From assembly GCF_000007985.2 (NCBI RefSeq), contig NC_002939.5, positions 3,240,001 through 3,272,000 on the forward strand: a stretch of DNA of 32,000 nt, in the 5' to 3' direction. This DNA is from Geobacter sulfurreducens PCA. Lineage in GTDB: Bacteria; Desulfobacterota; Desulfuromonadia; Geobacterales; Geobacteraceae. The notes beneath the pieces are model-generated. The model did no database searches. It was not told the origin of the DNA and worked only from the letters and a program-made list of their open reading frames with translations. Below are positions 24,284-32,000 of the stretch, in pieces; the stretch's first letter is position 1; every line of letters begins with the position of its first letter. Position numbers and translations under genes: made by a program.

Positions 24284-24574
24284 ATGATAACGCATATCGT
24301 ATTTTTCAAGCTGACCGACCCTTCAGCCCCCACCATCGCCGCCACCCGCGAAAAGCTGGAGAGCATGCGTGGCAAGGTTCCCCTGCTCAGACACATTGAA
24401 GTGGGGGTTGACGTGATCCGGTCCGAACGGTCCTACGATCTGGCCCTCGTGACCCGCTTCGACTCTCTGGCGGATCTCCAGGCCTACCAGGTAGACCCGT
24501 ACCATGCCGGAGAAGTGGTACCGCACATGAAGTCGGTCTGCTCCTCCATCGTGGCCGTGGACTACGAGTCGTAG
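24284..24574 (+). CDS. Dabb (stress-responsive alpha/beta barrel) family protein
   Basis: 96 aa. MITHIVFFKL and the ferredoxin-like pattern ending LQAYQVDPYH. SD GAGG. Confidence 0.8.
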   Translation: MITHIVFFKLTDPSAPTIAATREKLESMRGKVPLLRHIEVGVDVIRSERSYDLALVTRFDSLADLQAYQVDPYHAGEVVPHMKSVCSSIVAVDYES

Positions 24575-24600
24575 CTGCCGGCCGGGAGCGCATCCAGCAC

Positions 24601-24653
24601 AAAAAAAGCCCCGCAGTGCGTCTGTTCACAAACAGCGCGCCGCGGGGCTTTCT
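24601..24653. terminator. bidirectional rho-independent terminator between convergent Dabb and YtxH genes
   Basis: A7 run, stem GCCCCGC (24608-24614) pairing with GCGGGGC (24642-24648), then TTTCTC. Usable from both strands. Confidence 0.7.
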
Positions 24654-24684
24654 CATATCACGGAAAGCGGGAACACGTGCGGGG

Positions 24685-24930
24685 TCAGATCCAGCAACCG
24701 CCGCCTTCGTATTCGCCGGTGTCGTCCTTGGACTTGGGGGCAACCTTGTATTTCGCCTCACGGACGGCCGACCGGAGCTTGCACACCGCGTCATCGGTAA
24801 CATCACCCAGTTTTTCACGCACCTCGCGGCCGGTCTTGGGGGTCAGCAGGAGAGCCGCCCCAGCCGCAAGGGCGGCGCCGGCGAAGAAGGCGAGGATAGC
24901 CGCGGTTTCCGTGTGTTTGCTGTCTGCCAT
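24685..24930 (-). CDS. YtxH-domain protein
   Basis: 81 aa. N-terminal hydrophobic helix AAILAFFAGAALAAGAALLLTPKTGRE(V)RE, typical of YtxH. SD GGAG. Confidence 0.75.
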   Translation of the reverse strand: MADSKHTETAAILAFFAGAALAAGAALLLTPKTGREVREKLGDVTDDAVCKLRSAVREAKYKVAPKSKDDTGEYEGGGCWI

Positions 24931-25011
24931 GCTGTCGCTCCTTGTGGTTGATTGGATGTTCCTCTATACATAGCACAGAATGGCCGACAATAAAACCATC
25001 CGATGCTCACC

Positions 25012-25425
25012 CTACCTGAATTCGGGGGGCGGAGTCACCAGGAGCCATCGACTTCCCTTCTCCTCGTCCTCCACATAACGCCACTGCTGCTCATCAACCA
25101 AGGTCTTGAGACGGGTTGAGGGAAGGATGAAATAATCAACCTCAACCCTGACCGTGGCTGTCCCCTTGTTCACGTCAAGCTCCGTGCTCGTCACCCGGTA
25201 GTCGGCCACGGACACATCCTTGGCCGCCCTGGCCCGCTCCAGGCAGACATCCTTCACTTGTTCTCCGGCAAAGATGACGCATGACTGTTCGAGGCCCTGC
25301 CAACGCATGAGACGATTGTGCTCCCGGGAGCTGTCCTCGAAACGCTGAGCAATGAGGTAGGGGTTGCGGCAGCCGGCAAGGACAAGGGCCAGGAGGAGAA
25401 GTGACAGGTTTCGACGAACGTTCAT
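25012..25425 (-). CDS. lipoprotein of unknown function
   Basis: 137 aa. Signal peptide with lipobox LLALVLAGC. Lies 18 nt downstream of the MTHFR fusion gene. Confidence 0.7.
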   Translation of the reverse strand: MNVRRNLSLLLLALVLAGCRNPYLIAQRFEDSSREHNRLMRWQGLEQSCVIFAGEQVKDVCLERARAAKDVSVADYRVTSTELDVNKGTATVRVEVDYFILPSTRLKTLVDEQQWRYVEDEEKGSRWLLVTPPPEFR

Positions 25426-25443
25426 GGGCAGCCTCGCTGGGGA

Positions 25444-27261
25444 TCAGGTCCCCTTGATGTACCGCGTCAACTCCACGGCAATACCGTATTTGCCGAAGGG
25501 AGGGATGAGGTAGAATCCGCCCACCCGGTCCCGCACCGCATCAATGAACTCCCGGGCGATGGCGAGGCCTTCCCTCACTCCGTCCTCTTTTTCCTTTCCC
25601 CGCATCCGGTGCCGGATTTCTTCGGGGATCACGATGCCCGGCACCTCGTTATGGAGAAATTCGCAGTTGCGCTCGCTCACCAGTGGCAGAATTCCGGGCA
25701 GGATGGGGATACCCAGGTGCGCCGTCCGCTCCGCCATCTCCTCCAGCCGCGCCACATCATAGAGGGGCTGGGTTTGGACAAAACGGGCGCCGTTGGCCAC
25801 CTTCCTGGCCAAGCGCTCCACCTGGACCTCCATCCGGGCGCTGTTGGGATTGAAAGCGGCTCCGATGACGAACCCCGTCCCTCCGCCTATGGGCGAGCCC
25901 AGAGCGTTCACTCCGGCGTTCAAATCGGCCAGCAGCTTGATGAGGCCGAAGGAATTCAGATCGTACACCGATGTGGCCCCGGCCTGTTCGCCGATACGGG
26001 CGGGATCACCGGTGACGGCCAGCACGTGGCGAATCCCCAACAGGCTCGCCCCCATGAGGTCCGACTGGAGCCCCAGCAGGTTGCGGTCCCGGCAGGTCAC
26101 GTGAACAATGACGTCGATTCCCGCCTCCCGCTGAATGAGGCTCCCCAGGGCGATGTTACCCATCCGGATCCGGGCCAGCGGGTTCTCGGCGATGTTGATG
26201 GCGTCCGCCCCAGCCTCCCGCAGCGCCCTGCTCCCCTCGATGATCTTCGCGCAGTCGAGCCCCTTGGGCGGATCCAGCTCCACGGTGACAATGGGCTCAC
26301 GTCCCCAGCGGGCCAGGAAGCCGGCATACTCGCGGGACTCCGGTCTGCGCTCATCCTTGGGCAGGGCGGAAACGGCAACCGTGCGTGCCGCGGGCCGCAG
26401 CCCCGCCAGCCGCTGCGCCAGGCACCGCACGTGCTCCGGCGTGGTGCCGCAGCATCCCCCCACCAGTGCCGCTCCCGCCCCGACCATCTCCACGGCCCGG
26501 TCCGCGAAGTAATCAGGGGTGGTCCGGTAGACATGGCGGCCGTTCACGTATTCGGGAAATCCGCTGTTGGGATAGGCCGCCAGGGGAAGATCCGTCACCC
26601 GGCCCATCCGCTGGATGGTGCCGAGGATTTCCAATGGCCCGGCGCCGCAGTTGGCGCCCACCACGCAGGCACCGGCGGCAGTCAGCTCCACGGCTACCCG
26701 CTCCACCTCGATCCCGCCGGCGAGTCTCCCGTTTTCCAGGAACGCCATGTTGGCCACCACCGGCAGCCCCGTTTCCCGGGCCGCGGTCAGGGCGTGCCTC
26801 ATCTGCGCCAGATCGGTGAAGGTCTCCAGGATCAGGAGATCCACCTCCCCCTCGGCCAGGGCATGGGTCTGCCTCCGGAAGATGTCGACGGTTTCTTGGG
26901 CGGAGAGTTCCTGTTCGTCCCCCTTCATCCGGACCAGGGGCCCCACGGAGCCGGCCACGAAGGCGTCGGTGCCCTGGGCGGCCTCCCGGGCCAGTTGGGC
27001 ACCCCGGAGGTTGATCTCACGCTCCTTCTTCTCAAGACCGATGGCCGCGAGCCGGGTCCAGTTGGCGCCGAAGGTGTTGGTTTCGATAACGCGGGCCCCG
27101 GCCGCCAGGTACTCCCGGTGGAGTTCCAGCACCAGCGACGGGCGCACCAGGTTCAGGTGCTCAACGTTGGCGTCGAGGGATACCCCCTTGGCATAAAGCA
27201 TGGTGCCGATGGCTCCGTCGCCGATGAGGACCTCGTCATGCAGCCGTTCGAGAAAGGTCAT
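25444..27261 (-). CDS. metF: bifunctional homocysteine S-methyltransferase-domain / 5,10-methylenetetrahydrofolate reductase fusion
   Basis: 605 aa. N-terminal Hcy-binding domain with zinc-site cysteines (GANCGAGP, GGCCGTTP). C-terminal MTHFR TIM barrel (VELDPPKG, HVTCRDRN, LAVTGD). Confidence 0.85.
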   Translation of the reverse strand: MTFLERLHDEVLIGDGAIGTMLYAKGVSLDANVEHLNLVRPSLVLELHREYLAAGARVIETNTFGANWTRLAAIGLEKKEREINLRGAQLAREAAQGTDAFVAGSVGPLVRMKGDEQELSAQETVDIFRRQTHALAEGEVDLLILETFTDLAQMRHALTAARETGLPVVANMAFLENGRLAGGIEVERVAVELTAAGACVVGANCGAGPLEILGTIQRMGRVTDLPLAAYPNSGFPEYVNGRHVYRTTPDYFADRAVEMVGAGAALVGGCCGTTPEHVRCLAQRLAGLRPAARTVAVSALPKDERRPESREYAGFLARWGREPIVTVELDPPKGLDCAKIIEGSRALREAGADAINIAENPLARIRMGNIALGSLIQREAGIDVIVHVTCRDRNLLGLQSDLMGASLLGIRHVLAVTGDPARIGEQAGATSVYDLNSFGLIKLLADLNAGVNALGSPIGGGTGFVIGAAFNPNSARMEVQVERLARKVANGARFVQTQPLYDVARLEEMAERTAHLGIPILPGILPLVSERNCEFLHNEVPGIVIPEEIRHRMRGKEKEDGVREGLAIAREFIDAVRDRVGGFYLIPPFGKYGIAVELTRYIKGT

Positions 27262-28910
27262 GCCTGCACCTTCCCGAGCACCCCGAGCAAGTGGGGAACC
27301 ATCTGCTTCTTGCGGGACATGACCCCCTTGAGCTCATAGAGGTGAGGCTCCACTTGGGGATACCCCATCACGTGGGCGATCTCGTTCTTCCCCTCGGCCA
27401 GGAACAGCGTGGTTTCGGTATAGATGTCGGTCACCATGAGGCCGGCCAGGTCGAGGCGGTCGACCTCCTTCACCCGCCGGAGACAGTCGCGCAGGGCATC
27501 CTTCAGCTCGAAAAACTCGTCGAAGCCCACCACCTCCACCTGCCCCACGCCGAACTGCATGCCGCCAGCGGTGAACTGCTTGAAATCGGAGCGCAGGGCC
27601 TGCTCCGGCGTACCATGGGAGGCAAATCCGCCGCAGGCGGAGAAGATCTCCTTGCCAAAGGCAAGATGTTCCAGCCCGGACCGTTCCTCTAGCCAGGCGA
27701 TCATCTCACGGTCCCGGACGGTGCTGGTGGGAGATTTGAGGATCACCGTATCCGTGAGGATGCCGGCAAGCAGCAGGGCCGCGGTCCGCTCGCCCGGCTC
27801 GATCCCGGCCTCGCGGTAGAGGGAGGCAACCACGGTGCAGGTGCTCCCCACCGGCGCCGCCATGAAGGTGATGGGTTGATTGGTGGGCGGATTGCCGAGC
27901 TTGTGATGGTCGATGACCTCGAGGATATCCACTGTTTCTGCGCCGGGCACCGCCTGACTCAGCTCATTGTGATCCATGAGGATCAATGCGTAGGGGACCG
28001 GCGCCAGCAGGGACGACTTGGTGGCCACCCCGGCGATGGTGCCGTCTTCCTCCACCGCAATGACCGCCGGCTCCTGACTATGGAGGAGCTTGAGCCGCAG
28101 GTGCTCCAGTGGCTCGGCCACGCCGATCCGTTCGAAGCCGGGCTCCATGAACAGGGAGAGAGGAGAGGCGAGCCGTGCCAGCCAGGCGGCGGTGGCGGTA
28201 TCATGGGGGGTTGAAAGGACGACTACGCCCTTCTCCCGGGCGCGGGCCACCAGCTCGTCGGCAATGGGGAGCCCGCCGGTCACCACCAGCAGGCGCACAC
28301 CCCGCTCGATGGCGGCCTGGTGGATACTCCGCCGGTCGCCGGTCATGATCAGGAGCGTTGCCGGGTCATACCCCTCGATCCGGCTGGAAAAGGATTCTTC
28401 CAGCATGGCGCCGATGAACAGGTGCAGGTGCTCCACCTCGTCGGCAGGCCCGCCGGAAAGGAAGGTTCCGTCGAGGCAGGCGGCAAGGGAGCGCAGTGAG
28501 GTGTCGACACCCCGCCTGCGGTCGGTGCCGGCCACCAAGTGCTTTTCCGACAGCCTCAGAAGCGAAACCACCCCCACCGGGGTTCCCTCGGCGTCGACCA
28601 CCGGCAGAACACGAATCCCGTGGCGGTGAAAGAGCCCCAGAGCGTCCCTGAGGGCGACCTCCGGCCGGGCGGTGACCGGGCGGCGGTTCAGCACGTCGCG
28701 CACCTTGGGATTTACATCGGCCAGGTAGACCGGCGGCTCGATCCCGAGCCGCTCCAGGATGTAGCGGGTTTGGGGGTTCGGCTGGCCGGCCATGGCGGCG
28801 GTCACGTTCGCCACCCCCTGCTTCTTCTTGAATTGGGCGTAGGCAATGGCCGACGCAATGGAATCGGTGTCGGGATTGCGGTGCCCGATGACGTAAATCT
28901 GCTTCTTCAT
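27258..28910 (-). CDS. CBS/DRTGG-domain-containing family II (DHH/DHHA2) inorganic pyrophosphatase
   Basis: ATG at 28910 preceded by AGGAG. N-terminal DHH motif YVIGHRNPDTDSIAS, a central CBS pair plus DRTGG-like insert, and C-terminal DHH/DHHA2 (LMDHNE, VIDHHKLG, SPTST). Its stop overlaps the metF-fusion start (ATGA). Confidence 0.85.
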   Translation of the reverse strand: MKKQIYVIGHRNPDTDSIASAIAYAQFKKKQGVANVTAAMAGQPNPQTRYILERLGIEPPVYLADVNPKVRDVLNRRPVTARPEVALRDALGLFHRHGIRVLPVVDAEGTPVGVVSLLRLSEKHLVAGTDRRRGVDTSLRSLAACLDGTFLSGGPADEVEHLHLFIGAMLEESFSSRIEGYDPATLLIMTGDRRSIHQAAIERGVRLLVVTGGLPIADELVARAREKGVVVLSTPHDTATAAWLARLASPLSLFMEPGFERIGVAEPLEHLRLKLLHSQEPAVIAVEEDGTIAGVATKSSLLAPVPYALILMDHNELSQAVPGAETVDILEVIDHHKLGNPPTNQPITFMAAPVGSTCTVVASLYREAGIEPGERTAALLLAGILTDTVILKSPTSTVRDREMIAWLEERSGLEHLAFGKEIFSACGGFASHGTPEQALRSDFKQFTAGGMQFGVGQVEVVGFDEFFELKDALRDCLRRVKEVDRLDLAGLMVTDIYTETTLFLAEGKNEIAHVMGYPQVEPHLYELKGVMSRKKQMVPHLLGVLGKVQA

Positions 28911-28999
28911 TGCCGCTCCTGCTCTTTTTGTGGCTCCGGCACCGTTTCCGTGGTATAGAGGTGTGCTTTCACACTCCAGCGACACGAGGTTCGACCGCC

Positions 29000-29596
29000 A
29001 TGCATCAAGCCATCGACTGGCTCGTCGCCACCATCGGCGCCATGGGCTACCCGGGCATCTTCATCCTCATGGCCATGGAGAGTTCGGTCTTCCCGGTGCC
29101 CAGCGAACTGGTCATGCCCCCGGCCGGCTATCTCGCCCAGCAGGGCGAGATGAACATCTGGCTCGCCATCTTCCTGGGAACCGCGGGGAGCCTCGCCGGG
29201 GCCTATGCCAACTACTTCGCCGCCCACTACCTGGGACGGCCGCTCCTGCTCAAGTACGGGAAATATGTCTGGATTACCGAGGAGAAATTCGCTCGGGTCG
29301 AGTCATTCTTCCACAAGCACGGGGAGATTTCAACCTTCATCGGGCGCCTGCTGCCGGTGGTCCGGCACCTTATTTCCCTCCCCGCGGGCCTGGCCGGGAT
29401 GCACCACGGCACGTTCACCCTCTACACCCTGCTGGGAGCCTTCATCTGGTGTACCATCCTCGCCTGGATCGGCTACGTCATCGGCGAGAACCGCGACCTG
29501 ATCATGGAGTATTCCCACCAGGCCCTCATCGGAGTAGTGATCTTCAGCGTGGCTCTGGTAGCAGTCTATGTGTGGAGGCACCGGCGAAAGAAGTAA
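29000..29596 (+). CDS. DedA-family membrane protein
   Basis: ATG at 29000. Signature GYPGIFILMAMESSVFPVPSE and FIGRLLPVVRHLISLPAG. Confidence 0.85.
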   Translation: MHQAIDWLVATIGAMGYPGIFILMAMESSVFPVPSELVMPPAGYLAQQGEMNIWLAIFLGTAGSLAGAYANYFAAHYLGRPLLLKYGKYVWITEEKFARVESFFHKHGEISTFIGRLLPVVRHLISLPAGLAGMHHGTFTLYTLLGAFIWCTILAWIGYVIGENRDLIMEYSHQALIGVVIFSVALVAVYVWRHRRKK

Positions 29597-29616
29597 GCGC
29601 ATCGGCGCCAGTGAAT

Positions 29617-29657
29617 GAAAAGCCCCGGCAATGGACAGCATCGCCGGGGCTTTTTTG
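29617..29657. terminator. bidirectional rho-independent terminator between dedA and tal
   Basis: AAAAGCCCCGGC (stem 29621-29629), a 13-nt loop, then GCCGGGGC (29643-29650) and T6. Confidence 0.85.
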
Positions 29658-29680
29658 CATGGTGCACTGCACTTCTCCCC

Positions 29681-30325
29681 TTACTTGGGCACGCTTTCCC
29701 AGTCCTTCAGGAACCGCTCGATGCCGGAGTCGGTGAGGGGGTGCTTGGCCAGCTGGAGCATGACCGAGTAGGGGATGGTGGCGATGTCCGCACCGATGAG
29801 GGCCGCGTTCAGGACATGAACGGGGTTGCGGACGCTGGCCACGATGATCTCGGACTGGTAGCCGTAGTTGTCGAAGATGGTCTTGATGTCGTCGATGATC
29901 CCCATGCCGTCCTGGGAGATATCGTCCAGGCGTCCCACGAAGGGGGAGACGTAGGTAGCGCCGGCCTTGGCGGCAAGCAGGGCCTGCATGGGGGTGAAGA
30001 TCAGGGTGACGTTGGTCTTGATCCCCTCACGGGTAAGGGCGGCACACGCCTTGAGCCCCTCGGGGGTCATGGGGAGCTTGATGACGATGTTCTTGTGGAT
30101 CTTGGCCAGCTCCCCGGCCTCCCTGATCATGCCGGCAGCCTCCAGAGAAACCACTTCCGCGGAGATGGGACCGTCGACGATCTCGGTGATCTCCTTGATG
30201 ACGTCCTCAAACTTGCGGCCGGACTTGGCGATAAGCGACGGATTGGTGGTAACCCCGTCCACGAGTCCCAGGTCGTGGGCTTGGCGGATTTCCTTAACGT
30301 CAGCGGTGTCGATGAAAAATTTCAT
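29681..30325 (-). CDS. tal: transaldolase / fructose-6-phosphate aldolase (short type 3B)
   Basis: ATG at 30325 with [28 protein letters not shown], active-site VIKLP and FVGRLDD. Confidence 0.9.
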   Translation of the reverse strand: MKFFIDTADVKEIRQAHDLGLVDGVTTNPSLIAKSGRKFEDVIKEITEIVDGPISAEVVSLEAAGMIREAGELAKIHKNIVIKLPMTPEGLKACAALTREGIKTNVTLIFTPMQALLAAKAGATYVSPFVGRLDDISQDGMGIIDDIKTIFDNYGYQSEIIVASVRNPVHVLNAALIGADIATIPYSVMLQLAKHPLTDSGIERFLKDWESVPK

Positions 30326-30368
30326 GCTGCAAACCTCCGGTTGATTATTGATGGCGCCATGGCGACAA

Positions 30369-30626
30369 TTACTTGCTTTCGAGCTGCTGCCGGTACTTTT
30401 CCAGACACTCCATGGAGCAGAAGTGGAGGCGCTCCCCCTCGTGACGACCAATGACGGCATCCTCCTCCGTCACATAGACGCCGCAGACCGGGTCCTGATA
30501 GGTCTCCTCCCGGACCGGCTCGGGCGGCGCAGGCTCGTCCTTCTTCTTGTCGGAGACGAAGCCCTTGACGATTTTGTATCCCACGTAGATGAGGACAGCC
30601 CAGACGAGCAGACGCATAAGTCCCAC
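30369..30626 (-). CDS. small membrane-anchored protein with C-terminal four-Cys ribbon (TRASH/YHS-like; PP0621-like)
   Basis: 85 aa. GTG at 30626 lies 6 nt after AGGAG, and the folK stop is inside this SD. N-terminal TM helix [12 protein letters not shown], a Lys/Pro linker, then DPVCGVYV...HFCSMEC. Confidence 0.6.
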   Translation of the reverse strand: MGLMRLLVWAVLIYVGYKIVKGFVSDKKKDEPAPPEPVREETYQDPVCGVYVTEEDAVIGRHEGERLHFCSMECLEKYRQQLESK

Positions 30627-30635
30627 TCTGATCTC

Positions 30636-31127
30636 CTAAGTTTTGGTGACGCGCTCCCCCGGCGGCAGGGAAGCGAGCAGCTCCCGCACCGGCTTCTCCT
30701 GCACGGGATGAATCATATCCGGCGCAATCTCCGCCAAGGGGACCAGTACGAAGTGCCGCTGATGGAGCCGGGGATGGGGAATGACGAGCCCTTCGACGGC
30801 AACGGTCAGGCTCCCGTAGAGGAGGATATCCAGATCCATTGAACGCGGCCCCTGATACATCTCCCGGCGCCTGCCGAACAGGCCGGTTTCGATCCGCTGG
30901 AGTTCTTCGAGGAGCCGGTGAGGGGTGAGCGAGGTTTCGATCCGCAGGACCGCGTTGAGGAAGTCGGGCTGTTCCGGCACCGGCCCCACCGGCTCGGTTT
31001 CGTAGAAGCCGGAAAGAGCGGTTATTCGGGTTTCCGGCAGTTTGCCGATCTCGGCAACTGCGCGCAGCAGGTTCAGCTCCCGGTCCCCCATGTTCGAACC
31101 GAGGGCTATGAAGACGTTGGATTCCAC
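30636..31127 (-). CDS. folK: 2-amino-4-hydroxy-6-hydroxymethyldihydropteridine diphosphokinase
   Basis: 163 aa. FIALGSNMGDR, YETEPVG, RPIDLDILLY-type motif (RSMDLDILLY), and IPHPRLHQRHFVL. Confidence 0.9.
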   Translation of the reverse strand: MESNVFIALGSNMGDRELNLLRAVAEIGKLPETRITALSGFYETEPVGPVPEQPDFLNAVLRIETSLTPHRLLEELQRIETGLFGRRREMYQGPRSMDLDILLYGSLTVAVEGLVIPHPRLHQRHFVLVPLAEIAPDMIHPVQEKPVRELLASLPPGERVTKT

Positions 31128-31187
31128 CGGACGATTAGAGCATAACGGGGATATTTTTGCAATCCATGAGCCGCGCTCCGGAAAGCG

Positions 31188-31607
31188 TCAGTGCAACTCC
31201 TCGCCGGTGGTGGTCATGACCAGCTTGCCGTGCTTAACCCCCTTCACGCCGATGAGCTCGTCGGCGATCTTCTTCACCTCCCGGGCCTTGCCGCGCACCA
31301 CCAGGACCTCCAGACAGTTGTGGGCATCCAGATGGACGTGGAGGGCCGAGATGACCTTGTCGTGGTGAGCGTGTTGCTGTTCGGTCAACTTATCGGAAAG
31401 GTCGCGGACATGGTGATCGTAGACGAGCGTCACCGTACCCACGGTCTCCTCGTCTCCCACTTCCCACTTCAGCTCCACCAATGCCGCGCGGATCAGGTCG
31501 CGGATCGCTTCGGAGCGGTTCATGTACCCCTTCTCCTCGATGAGCCCGTCAAAGCTCTCCAGCAGCTTCTCGTCGATGGATACGCCGAATCTGATGGTTT
31601 CTCCCAT
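31188..31607 (-). CDS. nikR: nickel-responsive regulator NikR (ribbon-helix-helix plus ACT-like metal-binding domain)
   Basis: ATG at 31607 with [22 protein letters not shown] (RHH), [11 protein letters not shown], and the high-affinity site residues in HHDKV...[12 protein letters not shown]. Confidence 0.9.
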   Translation of the reverse strand: MGETIRFGVSIDEKLLESFDGLIEEKGYMNRSEAIRDLIRAALVELKWEVGDEETVGTVTLVYDHHVRDLSDKLTEQQHAHHDKVISALHVHLDAHNCLEVLVVRGKAREVKKIADELIGVKGVKHGKLVMTTTGEELH

Positions 31608-31708
31608 AGAACACTCCGATGCGGGGATGCGAACAGCACAAAAACGGATGAAATGATAGACCACTTTCAACGGGAGATAAACAGAAAACCGCCGTAGTGG
31701 GTGCCCGG

Positions 31709-32000
31709 TCACTTCTCCGTGAGCCGGAAGGTGATAGGCACCTCGAAGGTGAGCTCCTCGCCGCCGAGTTCAGGCGGCACGGCGGGGAAGCGGCCCACTG
31801 TGCGGACGGCCCGCAGCGCCGCGTTGTCCAGGAGCGCGTGGCTCGAGGAACGGGCCACCTCATCGCGCCGGACGGCTCCGCTGCGGGCCAGGACCACGCG
31901 TACGACGGCTGTTCCCTCCATCCGTCCCCGACGGGCCAGGGGCGGATATTCCTTGCACCGCTCGATGAGCCCCCTGAGGACGGACTGGTAACCCACGCGG
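31709..32000 (-). CDS. TonB-family energy transducer, C-terminal domain (5' end beyond window)
   Basis: Open to the window edge. TonB_C signature [20 protein letters not shown]...G...V..S.G...LD.AAL.AV....F. Stop at 31709-31711. Confidence 0.8.
   Translation of the reverse strand, partial: RVGYQSVLRGLIERCKEYPPLARRGRMEGTAVVRVVLARSGAVRRDEVARSSSHALLDNAALRAVRTVGRFPAVPPELGGEELTFEVPITFRLTEK

Noticed and set aside
25609-27339. 576-aa plus-strand ORF antisense to the Hcy-MT/MTHFR fusion
   Set aside because: Shadow ORF in a high-GC gene. The translation is Gly/Pro/Arg/His-rich with no domain signature, while the opposite strand has unambiguous homology.
28959-28972. Palindrome GTGTG-CTTT-CACAC between the divergent PPase and dedA genes, considered as a CRP/FNR-type site
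   Set aside because: The spacing (12 bp in total) does not fit TGTGA-N6-TCACA or TTGAT-N4-ATCAA. With only 5-bp arms it could occur by chance.
1-32000. Search for CRISPR arrays, IS or transposase genes, integrases, tRNA or rRNA genes, toxin-antitoxin pairs and phage-defence genes
   Set aside because: No direct-repeat arrays, terminal inverted repeats, recombinase motifs or cloverleaf-like sequences were seen by eye. Every large ORF has a housekeeping, metal or stress assignment. An exhaustive repeat scan would need software.

Overview
GC-rich, gene-dense chromosomal window with no obvious mobile DNA, CRISPR array, rRNA or tRNA. Gene content and order resemble a Geobacter/Desulfuromonadales chromosome; this is from memory and cannot be verified here. 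About 38 protein genes are supported.

Gene order, left to right:
- MCP 3' end.
- DUF4418-like Cys-rich membrane protein.
- Double-cubane/2-hydroxyacyl-CoA-dehydratase-family iron-sulfur protein with its ATP-dependent activase.
- CusRS-like heavy-metal two-component system, followed by a tightly coupled operon: LtaS/MdoB-type sulfatase-fold transferase, PAP2 phosphatase, duplicated-permease ABC transporter and ABC ATPase.
- Extended ars operon: arsR, Trx-type arsC, acr3, ArsP-like permease, small CxxC thioredoxin-like protein, secreted thioredoxin, CcdA, and a truncated CDF-like protein with a Cys-rich tail.
- Minus-strand molybdate locus: modE, then modD-modA-modB-modC.
- Tat-signal C_GCAxxG_C_C protein, ferritin-like protein, small membrane protein, PAS-GGDEF cyclase, Dabb protein, YtxH protein.
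- Minus-strand operon: CBS-type family II pyrophosphatase, homocysteine-S-methyltransferase/MTHFR fusion, lipoprotein.
- DedA, transaldolase, a small TM plus Cys-ribbon protein, folK, nikR, and a TonB C-terminal fragment.

Regulatory sites read directly from the sequence:
- A perfect CusR-type box (ATGACAA-NN-TTGTCAT core) in front of the transferase operon.
- A 17-nt near-identical ArsR-type operator present twice.
- A ModE box (CGCTAT-N12-ATAACG) between a strong modE terminator and modD, followed by a leader of about 130 nt closed by a long-range helix.
- Several rho-independent terminators.

Best candidates for an undescribed system:
1. The metal-type two-component system wired to an envelope-remodelling operon with an ABC transporter that has no binding protein.
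2. The ars operon with an embedded cytoplasm-to-periplasm thiol-reducing relay.
3. The orphan double-cubane reductase pair with its neighbouring DUF4418 protein.

Many long antisense ORFs in the track are GC-driven shadow ORFs and were rejected.
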